IMG/VR virus record: IMGVR_UViG_3300025141_012665
Span: 10,647-74,646 of that record
Length of the DNA stretch: 64,000 bases
Reading direction: 5' to 3' (one strand)
From: a virus
Shown piece by piece: positions 57,592 through 64,000 of the stretch. The stretch's first letter is position 1. Every line of letters begins with the position of its first letter. Position numbers and translations under genes: made by a program. The notes under the pieces are model-generated. The model made no database searches. It had not been told where the DNA came from and saw only the letters and a program-made list of their open reading frames with translations.

Positions 57592-58858
57592 ATTCCTCGA
57601 TATCTAGACCATCAAGCCAATTGTCAATATCGAATTCTTCTTCTTTGTAAACATAGTTGACAAACTTCTTATATAATTCTTCTTCCTGAAAGTTCTCCAA
57701 TATCCACTCCTGAAGATTTTTTGCTTTCTTATTCCATTTGGAATAATTCTTTCGAACATCGCGCAGCTTCATCTTGAAAGATCCTTCCCGCGGTGAGCAC
57801 CACATGGAATCTTCTACAACGACACCATCCCAGATAGCATTTTCCGATACAGGGACTATATCAAACTCAACCTCTGCAAAATAGGGATGCTTTTCTTTTC
57901 CTTTACCTTTGCCCTTCTTCGCTTTAATTGGCGCGTAAAGGAAATCACATTGTCCAGACCATCCGGGTGCAATAACAGGTAATCCGCCATAGGCTGCTTC
58001 AAAAAGAGGAAGACCAAAGCCTTCTCCGTGAGTGGCCGAAACAACACATTTAATTTGTGGATGCGCGTAAAGAGAGTGCATTTCAGCATCAGTCATGTCG
58101 CCATGCAAAAGATATACCTTGCATTTTCTATCTGGGTATTTCTTAAGAATTTCAGACAGTACCGGTTGGACATGCATCCTATCAACGACTGATCCATTTT
58201 TGAAAAAGGCCTTAACAACAAGGCCAACCTTTTGATCAATATTCTCTTCTACGAACCATCGGATGGTGTTTTCAAGGTTTTTTCGAGGACCATGTTGGGC
58301 CACGACCAGATAGTTAAAATCATAATCTAATTCTAAATCTAGTTCTGGTAGGGTTTCATATTTCTTAACTGGATAGTGTACAACCTTCACTGCCGTTTTG
58401 CAACTCAATGTCATTGGCTCTCCAGTTTGTGAATTTTGGCCATCATATGAAGTATTCTTAAAACCATGCTGTGAATGTTCAGATATAGTTATAACCTTGT
58501 CCATCATATTTGCTTTCTCAAGCCATATTGGCGCCACCTTTGTGGTTTCTATTCCGGCTGTTACGCCAATGTTTACTGGTGCCAACCTCTCCCATTCATT
58601 TGGAACAGTCACTTGAACAGATATATCAAAATTGCTGTTTTCCTGCCCAAGATTAGCCGTGGCCTTAATTCTTTCATCCATCCATGAGCGCTCTTCGTTG
58701 GATTCGGCTATCCACCCTGTCTCTCCCCAGTTGATAGGGATGATATAAATATCAAATAAATCCTCTCTTGTGCGCAAAGCTCGAAGGACAAACCTTCCGT
58801 GCTCTCCATAGCCGCTGCGGGTCAAAACTGGTGCTCTCACTAATACTTTTTTACGCAA
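57584..58858 (-). CDS. Glycosyltransferase family 4 (GT-B)
   Basis: SGYG, RKNL, THGEGFGLPLFEAA..GLPVIA..WSG..DF. Confidence 0.9.
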   Translation of the reverse strand: MRKKVLVRAPVLTRSGYGEHGRFVLRALRTREDLFDIYIIPINWGETGWIAESNEERSWMDERIKATANLGQENSNFDISVQVTVPNEWERLAPVNIGVTAGIETTKVAPIWLEKANMMDKVITISEHSQHGFKNTSYDGQNSQTGEPMTLSCKTAVKVVHYPVKKYETLPELDLELDYDFNYLVVAQHGPRKNLENTIRWFVEENIDQKVGLVVKAFFKNGSVVDRMHVQPVLSEILKKYPDRKCKVYLLHGDMTDAEMHSLYAHPQIKCVVSATHGEGFGLPLFEAAYGGLPVIAPGWSGQCDFLYAPIKAKKGKGKGKEKHPYFAEVEFDIVPVSENAIWDGVVVEDSMWCSPREGSFKMKLRDVRKNYSKWNKKAKNLQEWILENFQEEELYKKFVNYVYKEEEFDIDNWLDGLDIEEYA

Positions 58859-60128
58859 TTTCTTTTATCTCCCAAGCTTTGTAGCCTTTTCTAGTTTCCC
58901 AAGAGCCATAGCGCTCATGTATTCCGTCCATTAGTTCAATCCATTTATTTTGGTAATCTTTAAAGTTATAATTTTTGCGGACATGTTCTTTTCCTTTTCT
59001 CCCCATCTCTTCTCTCTCTTCTTTAGACATATTATACATTTTGTGTAAGGCAGCAATAAAATCTTCTTTGCTTGTCCTGTCTTCATAAATATATGGAACT
59101 TCTTGGGAACCAATAATCGACTTTGAGGCCGGCTCAAGTCCAATACCAAACCACTCTTCACCATCTGTTACTTGTTCCTGCAACCCTCCAGTCATCGTAA
59201 CAATAATAGGCGTCCCGCAAGAAAGTGATTCGAGCGTTGCCAAGCCAAAACCCTCTGCGTCTGAAATATTAATTGTGCAATCAGCCATATTATACATGAT
59301 GGCCAGTTCCGTGGGTGGTACCTTTTGAGGGGATATTTGTACTCTGCCGTCTGTATATCCATGATCTCCCAGTACTGCCTGCAAGTCTTGTCCGTGAGGG
59401 TCTTTCGGGTCTGTATGCATTATCAAACATACATTCTCTGGGCCCACTTCTTCTGCAAACTCTGAGAACCAAAGGGCCAGTGTGCCGGATTGCTTTCTTC
59501 GGGCGTTTCTATTGTTCCAAAGAAAAATAACCTTACTATCCCCTTCCTGGCCAAAATTTTGTTTTCTTATTGTGGTGATATCTTCTCTTGGTAGTTCCTT
59601 AAATATTTCAATATCTACTGCGTGTGGAAGATAGTGGCTCTCCACATCTGGTGCGACATTGTTAACAATATCATGAGTTACTTTTGATATCGATGCAATA
59701 ACATCTGTTGAGTCATACCATTTTTTATTATATTTCGGATAAGGATAGTTGTCCCAAACATGATAGTAAACCATCGGTATTAGTGGCCTAACTTCATTCT
59801 CAATTTGCCATAGCCATGGATAAAAACGAGGGTCAGTCATGAACCACAACATATCAGGTTTCTCCATCCAAATGATTGATCTGATCATCTCAGCATTTCC
59901 ATATCCATCTACAGGGAAAACTCTCCAATCACCATCTTCCCAATCCTTATTGGTTATTGTCTGTGGTTCATATTTTTCATGTTTAATGGCGCCACCTATG
60001 CAAACAAACTGATATCGGCCCGTCTTTATGAGAGCCTCTATCATATACTTTGTTTGTGTCCCAACTCCGGACGGAGCCAGTGGGTGGTCTGATATAACAA
60101 ACACTTTTATTTTCTTTTCTTCACTCAT
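58851..60128 (-). CDS. Glycosyltransferase family 4 (GT-B)
   Basis: SGVGTQ, NNRNARRK, YNMAD..INISDAEGFGLATLESLSCGTPII...GGLQE. Start re-called at ATG 60128 (ATGA overlap). Confidence 0.92.
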   Translation of the reverse strand: MSEEKKIKVFVISDHPLAPSGVGTQTKYMIEALIKTGRYQFVCIGGAIKHEKYEPQTITNKDWEDGDWRVFPVDGYGNAEMIRSIIWMEKPDMLWFMTDPRFYPWLWQIENEVRPLIPMVYYHVWDNYPYPKYNKKWYDSTDVIASISKVTHDIVNNVAPDVESHYLPHAVDIEIFKELPREDITTIRKQNFGQEGDSKVIFLWNNRNARRKQSGTLALWFSEFAEEVGPENVCLIMHTDPKDPHGQDLQAVLGDHGYTDGRVQISPQKVPPTELAIMYNMADCTINISDAEGFGLATLESLSCGTPIIVTMTGGLQEQVTDGEEWFGIGLEPASKSIIGSQEVPYIYEDRTSKEDFIAALHKMYNMSKEEREEMGRKGKEHVRKNYNFKDYQNKWIELMDGIHERYGSWETRKGYKAWEIKEIA

Positions 60129-60895
60129 GTGCAATGTTCCGTTTTGTAAAATGAACAATACTTGCAAGAAAGACGGTTTTTGATACATGTCTTATTTTCT
60201 ATGTTTTGTATTGCCTTGTTTAATAGCGCCATGGCGCTGGTTGTTTTCCTTGGGCCACTTGTAACTCGGAAGATTTCTACCTTGCTACCTTTCTTCGCTG
60301 TCCTCTTGAGGAGTGCAAAGTGTGTCTCAATTTTGCTTGGATCGATGCCGTGCTTCTTGGCATAAAAGTTTTTATAAAGCGTTAACTGGTAAGTCGTCAT
60401 TGGCTCTGAGCGGCGTTGCCTATTCCAGCCCCAAGAGCAAGTCTTCCAGTCAATAATGTGAATCTTTCCATCAGGTGTTTTCACAACGAGGTCGATGAAG
60501 CCCTTGAACTTATAGTCAGTGCCTTCCATGTTCTCATAGAGTTCTTCCTCTGTTTTGAGAACCTCAAAGCCATCCTCAAAATAGTCGTTTATTCCAGGAA
60601 GAACTTCAGGCAAGATGCCCTCGCCTTGCGGCTCCATTTGAGTAACGAGTTTCTGGTCAAGCTCGACACCATCGACTATTAATCTTTCAAGGCCCTTCAC
60701 AAATTCATCAGCGAAGAGTTTATTGGGGTCTTTGACCTCTCTGAGGAGAGCTTGTTCGCAGTAGCTATGAACGGCTGTTCCGAATGCAGTATACTCATTG
60801 CCCATGAAGGATCGGAGACCTTCGAGATACTCTAGTTTATGACGATAAGAACATTCGTTCCAAATCTTCATTTCCGAAAAGGAAATATGTGACAA
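60125..60895 (-). CDS. PD-(D/E)XK nuclease, Cas4/AddB/RecB-like, with Fe-S ligands
   Basis: SFS......C, FGTAVH, E...KGFIDL...IIDWKT, YQL.LY, C-terminal CKYC......C. Confidence 0.88.
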   Translation of the reverse strand: MSHISFSEMKIWNECSYRHKLEYLEGLRSFMGNEYTAFGTAVHSYCEQALLREVKDPNKLFADEFVKGLERLIVDGVELDQKLVTQMEPQGEGILPEVLPGINDYFEDGFEVLKTEEELYENMEGTDYKFKGFIDLVVKTPDGKIHIIDWKTCSWGWNRQRRSEPMTTYQLTLYKNFYAKKHGIDPSKIETHFALLKRTAKKGSKVEIFRVTSGPRKTTSAMALLNKAIQNIENKTCIKNRLSCKYCSFYKTEHCT

Positions 60896-60904
60896 TACCC
60901 ACCT

Positions 60905-61240
60905 CTACTTGCTTGTCTTTTTCTTCGCCTTGCTTTTATTTTTAAGAGCAGGCTTTTCTTCTTTACTTAATATAACCTTTTCAGCAGGTTTGTCAAGCGG
61001 TTTTATTGTTTTTTTCTCAAAAATCCAAGTTCCGCGGCGAGTGTTCTCTCTCCAATTATGTATATTGGATTCCTTTATCGCCTTTCCGTGCTTTATCTTT
61101 TTTTCTGATAATTTACTGATTATATCTTCCGTCTGTACACGAACGAAGATACGATCCCTTGAACCTTCTGTTTCTCTCTTGTATGGAATCTCCACAAAAA
61201 CGAAAACCTTACCATCTTTTTCTTCAATTTCAAACTTCAT
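60905..61240 (-). CDS. Basic hypothetical protein (111 aa)
   Basis: Intact ORF overlapping the upstream stop; RBS GGAG. Confidence 0.7.
   Translation of the reverse strand: MKFEIEEKDGKVFVFVEIPYKRETEGSRDRIFVRVQTEDIISKLSEKKIKHGKAIKESNIHNWRENTRRGTWIFEKKTIKPLDKPAEKVILSKEEKPALKNKSKAKKKTSK
60969..60996 (-). promoter_or_regulatory. sigma70-type promoter TTGACA-16-TATATT upstream of the nuclease and glycosyltransferase run
   Basis: Minus strand TTGACA aacctgctgaaaaggt TATATT, about 75 nt upstream of the 60895 start. Confidence 0.55.
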
Positions 61241-61925
61241 CTAAAATTACTCCCATTAGTTTGCTAAATAGTTCTGGACTTATCCTTTTTAAGTGTTCTC
61301 TGTTTCCCAAGAAGAATTCTTCAAATCCGTTGGCGAAATATTCTCTTAAGGATGTAGCGCCATAAGGCGATGCAAACAAGCCTGTCGTAAGAGAATGCAA
61401 ATTATCGTAACCAATCTCTTTATAAAGAAACGAATCAAATTCTGGATCGTATTCAGGATCCGAGAAGTCTAGGCGTGAAACTCCGATGCCGTGACTTTTT
61501 AAGGTTGCAGCCAATCTCTCGCGTTTTCCCAAAAACTCTTGTTCTATTCTTCTATCGCCATATATTTCTAATCCCCTCTGGGCTTCTACTGCATGAGCAG
61601 TCTCATGAACGATGTTCTCTATATAGTCTCCATTTGTCGGAAGATCGCTGGTTATATATATTGCTCCCGATTCATATCGAGCCTCAAGTTCTCTTTCCTC
61701 ATTTTCTCCGAAAGATCCAATAAAGATCTCATCAACCTCTTCCATTAGGTGCGGAGGAATAAGACTCTCGATCTTACCCAACATCGAGGACATGTCGACA
61801 TTAGGTAGCACCGGATCTTTTACATAAACAAGAATTCTTCCAAATAGGTAATGCTCTCTCTTTTGCTCTTCAGATTTTTTGAGAGAGTCTCGTATTATCT
61901 CTTCTATCTTGCTATTCTTCAGCAT
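61230..61925 (-). CDS. Putative zincin-type metallopeptidase (HExxH)
   Basis: IVHETAHAVE with downstream YGATSLREYFANGFE third-ligand motif. Confidence 0.6.
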   Translation of the reverse strand: MLKNSKIEEIIRDSLKKSEEQKREHYLFGRILVYVKDPVLPNVDMSSMLGKIESLIPPHLMEEVDEIFIGSFGENEERELEARYESGAIYITSDLPTNGDYIENIVHETAHAVEAQRGLEIYGDRRIEQEFLGKRERLAATLKSHGIGVSRLDFSDPEYDPEFDSFLYKEIGYDNLHSLTTGLFASPYGATSLREYFANGFEEFFLGNREHLKRISPELFSKLMGVILDEV

Positions 61926-62241
61926 CGGCCTGTGCAGCTTCTTCTGTCAACTTAAAGCCTTCTATGGTGTCTTGTAATGCCTGCTCATATCCTCTCATAA
62001 AATTCTCTTCTGCAAGGGCCATAATAAACTCAGGAAATTCAAGTGACATGTGCTCTACAATCATCTCCACCGTCACATTGCCGTCCCAATCAATCGACTC
62101 TTCTTCTTCTTCAGAATTGTGCTTTTCTAATGCCGAAGAATAAGTTTCCCCAACATAATTAACCAACCATTGCTTCATTGGATTTTCAGGCGACACAACC
62201 TCTTTAAGGATTATATTTTCAGTATTCATTTTGTTCTCCAT
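61912..62241 (-). CDS. Acidic hypothetical protein (~105-109 aa)
   Basis: Intact ORF. An alternative start at ATG 62229 has RBS GGAG. Confidence 0.7.
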   Translation of the reverse strand: MENKMNTENIILKEVVSPENPMKQWLVNYVGETYSSALEKHNSEEEEESIDWDGNVTVEMIVEHMSLEFPEFIMALAEENFMRGYEQALQDTIEGFKLTEEAAQADAEE

Positions 62242-62247
62242 AATATA

Positions 62248-62276
62248 ATTATAACCTATATTATTACTAAAGTCAA
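62248..62276 (-). promoter_or_regulatory. sigma70 promoter TTGACT-17-TATAAT
   Basis: Minus strand TTGACT ttagtaataatataggt TATAAT in the intergenic gap after phoH. Confidence 0.85.
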
Positions 62277-62283
62277 GTAAAAA

Positions 62284-63639
62284 TTATAAATTTTTTGCCG
62301 CGACGGTTGCTAGCTTGGATCTTTCGCCCTTTCTTAAGGTAATATGCCCAGCAATATCAAACTTTTTCAACCTCTCAACGGCGTGTACAAGGCCAGTAGA
62401 AGTCTCGTTGACATAGATGTTGTCTATCTGTTCAATGTCGCCAGTGAGCACAATTTTTGTCCCTTCGCCTGCCCGGGTAAGAATAGTTTTAACTTCGTGG
62501 CGAGACAGGTTCTGAGCTTCATCAATGATAATGAATGCATTTGCGATGGATCGTCCGCGGATGTAGGTAAGTGCCTCCATCTCAATGATGCCCTTCTCCA
62601 TGTACATTTCCAGTGTAGAGTTGTCGTCGCCGGTTAGAAATTTCAAGTTATCTTCAATCGGAGCCAACCATGGCTTCATCTTGTCTTCCATAGTTCCGGG
62701 GAGGAACCCGATGTCTTTCCCCATGGGCTGTATTGGGCGAGATACGATTAAACGCTTATAAAGGCCGTCTGAGAAGCCTTTCTCATCAAGGGCCATGGCC
62801 ATTACCGTTTTATTGCTTATAACCTGTTCTAGGCCCGCTGCAATAGCCAATAGAGTCTTTCCTGAGCCGGCCTTACCAATGAGAGATACGATTTGAACTT
62901 TTGGATCCATTAGCAAGTCAAGAGCAAATGCTTGCTCTTTATTCCTCGCTCGAACTCCCCATAAACCCTGCTTGTGCTCCTGAATCTTCCGTAGTGGTCG
63001 CATGTAGCCCATAAATCGGCAGATGGCGGTTTTCTTCTCGTTTGTATTGGAGACGAGCATAATAAACTGGTTCGGTAGAAGCCCAAGCTTCTCATCTTTC
63101 TCGATGAAGACACTTTCTCCAGCATAGAACTGATCAACCATCTGCTCATCGACGAGATGCTTGGCGAAGCCCGAATAAAGCTCGCTTTCCTTTCGTATCG
63201 CCTGATTCTTGTTGTAATCCTCAGACAGAATTCCGATGGAGTCGGCGATGACTCGCATGTTGATGTCTCGGCTTACAAGAATTACTTTCCTTTTCTCGTG
63301 AAAAGCCTTTTCTGAGAGGGCTGTAGAAATAATAATGTGATCGTTGTGTTCACAATCCAAATCATCAGGCAAAGCCGGAATTCCATGTGTAGCGACTTTT
63401 AGGATGCCCTTGCCCTTTCCGAGTCTCACACCCTTTTGCAAAGAACCCTTCGCCCTCAACTCGTCAAAGTTGCGAATTATTCTTCTGGCGGTTGAGCCGA
63501 CAGTATCCTGTCGCTTCTTGTGTCCATCGATCTCCTCCAACACCTTAAGAGGAATAACGATATCGTTATTGTCGTAGTCAAAGATACAGTTCGCATCAGA
63601 CAAGCAGACACTAGTGTCTAAAACATATATTTTCTTCAT
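62284..63639 (-). CDS. phoH: PIN-PhoH fusion (PhoH2/YlaK-type ATPase)
   Basis: PIN: YVLDTSV, VIP..VLEEID, ND..I, SRDINMR. PhoH: GKAGSGKT, GFLPG, YIRGRS, IIDEAQN, TRAG, GD..QID. Start re-called at ATG 63639 with RBS AAGGA. Confidence 0.93.
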   Translation of the reverse strand: MKKIYVLDTSVCLSDANCIFDYDNNDIVIPLKVLEEIDGHKKRQDTVGSTARRIIRNFDELRAKGSLQKGVRLGKGKGILKVATHGIPALPDDLDCEHNDHIIISTALSEKAFHEKRKVILVSRDINMRVIADSIGILSEDYNKNQAIRKESELYSGFAKHLVDEQMVDQFYAGESVFIEKDEKLGLLPNQFIMLVSNTNEKKTAICRFMGYMRPLRKIQEHKQGLWGVRARNKEQAFALDLLMDPKVQIVSLIGKAGSGKTLLAIAAGLEQVISNKTVMAMALDEKGFSDGLYKRLIVSRPIQPMGKDIGFLPGTMEDKMKPWLAPIEDNLKFLTGDDNSTLEMYMEKGIIEMEALTYIRGRSIANAFIIIDEAQNLSRHEVKTILTRAGEGTKIVLTGDIEQIDNIYVNETSTGLVHAVERLKKFDIAGHITLRKGERSKLATVAAKNL

Positions 63640-63675
63640 CTGGTTTCCTTTCCACGAGCCCTTGACCCTTACCAA

Positions 63676-63683
63676 TAAATAGT
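63676..63683 (-). promoter_or_regulatory. Candidate phage late promoter ACTATTTA
   Basis: + strand TAAATAGT immediately downstream of a terminator and 37 nt upstream of the phoH ATG. Confidence 0.5.
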
Positions 63684-63688
63684 TCCGG

Positions 63689-63722
63689 AAAGAAGAAACC
63701 CACCGACGAAGCGATGGGTTTC
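63689..63722 (-). terminator. Rho-independent terminator
   Basis: Minus strand GAAACCCATCG-cttcgt-CGGTGGGTTTC (11-bp stem including one G-U) followed by TTCTTT. Confidence 0.75.
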
Positions 63723-63727
63723 AAAGA

Positions 63728-63832
63728 AGAAGAGAGGGCGAAGGGGCGAATTCGGGTCACCAATGGTTTTAGGCTAACCCAGTCCAGCCAACGGACTTAG
63801 GGGGGGGTAGTTATTTTTCCGCCCTCTCTTCT
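63728..63832. repeat. Perfect 13-bp inverted repeat enclosing two small hairpins
   Basis: AGAAGAGAGGGCG (63728-63740) and CGCCCTCTCTTCT (63820-63832). Confidence 0.8.
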
Positions 63833-63990
63833 AAACATTCTGTAATTTGTAATATTCTTTCTGCGTCTTTGTTTCCTGTAACGACTTGATAGATTAGTGT
63901 TCCCATAATCGAAGCGATGATCGATCCGAATATAGTTCCGATTCCAAATGCGACATAAGCCGCACCGGCTTTCTTGAGTTTATTGAACAT
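63811..63990 (-). CDS. Small single-pass membrane protein (59 aa; below the ORF-track cutoff)
   Basis: Manual translation MFNKLKKAGAAYVAFGIGTIFGSIIASIMGTLIYQVVTGNKDAERILQITECLEERAEK*; basic N-terminus plus one hydrophobic helix. Confidence 0.6.
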   Translation of the reverse strand: MFNKLKKAGAAYVAFGIGTIFGSIIASIMGTLIYQVVTGNKDAERILQITECLEERAEK

Positions 63991-64000
63991 TCCATTTTAC

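Noticed and set aside
33237-60128. Ordinary bacterial O-antigen/capsule locus, or a chimeric join with host DNA
   Set aside because: No membrane export or initiation genes. The island is joined to phage-type genes by overlapping start/stop codons at both ends and shares the same palindrome bias. Chimerism cannot be fully excluded without reads.
60125-60895. CRISPR-Cas system
   Set aside because: Only a solo Cas4/RecB-like nuclease is present; no repeat-spacer array or other cas genes were seen.
375-63577. Numerous short plus-strand ORFs and nested alternate-frame minus-strand ORFs in the track
   Set aside because: They are shadows of long motif-bearing minus-strand genes, with no recognisable motifs.
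63733-63825. tRNA gene in the GC-rich intergenic segment
   Set aside because: No cloverleaf, T-loop GTTCRA or acceptor stem found on either strand.
1-64000. Stop-codon reassignment, as in some jumbo phages
   Set aside because: Coding density is near complete in the standard code, and TAA, TAG and TGA all end genes at coupled junctions.

Overview
A 64-kb segment of a large tailed (myovirus-like, probably jumbo) bacteriophage genome. About 50 tightly packed genes all lie on the minus strand in the standard genetic code, with bacterial Shine-Dalgarno sites and sigma70-consensus promoters. The left half (1-31.7 kb) is a virion/baseplate module: T4 gp6-like and gp25-like wedge proteins, a DNRLRE-like protein, a 3429-aa LamG-containing protein, a 2429-aa protein, a candidate NlpC/P60 tail hydrolase and a probable spike/hub protein. 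A T4 gp55-like sigma factor and small conserved genes follow. The region 33.2-60.1 kb is a contiguous ~27-kb glycan-biosynthesis island of about 30 genes. It contains two Gmd paralogs, Fcl, two sulfotransferases, a nonulosonic-acid cassette (NeuB, cytidylyltransferase, Maf/DUF115 transferase, DegT, SDR, methyltransferase, B12-radical SAM, HAD), and a probable branched 3,6-dideoxy-sugar cassette (RmlB, RfbH/DdhC, YerE-like ThDP enzyme, HpcH-type aldolase and an LdpA homolog). It also carries about 7 glycosyltransferases, but no recognisable flippase, polymerase, lipid-carrier initiator or oligosaccharyltransferase. The right end has a Cas4/RecB-like nuclease, an HExxH peptidase-like protein, PIN-PhoH and a structured intergenic element. 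Best candidate for a new system: phage-encoded cytoplasmic glycosylation of its own virion with exotic sulfated, branched and nonulosonate sugars, possibly targeted to a recurring [ST]-[GAS]-S tripeptide enriched in two virion proteins, with an LdpA ('circadian') homolog embedded as a sugar-pathway Fe-S protein. All family assignments come from recognising motifs by eye; no searches were run.
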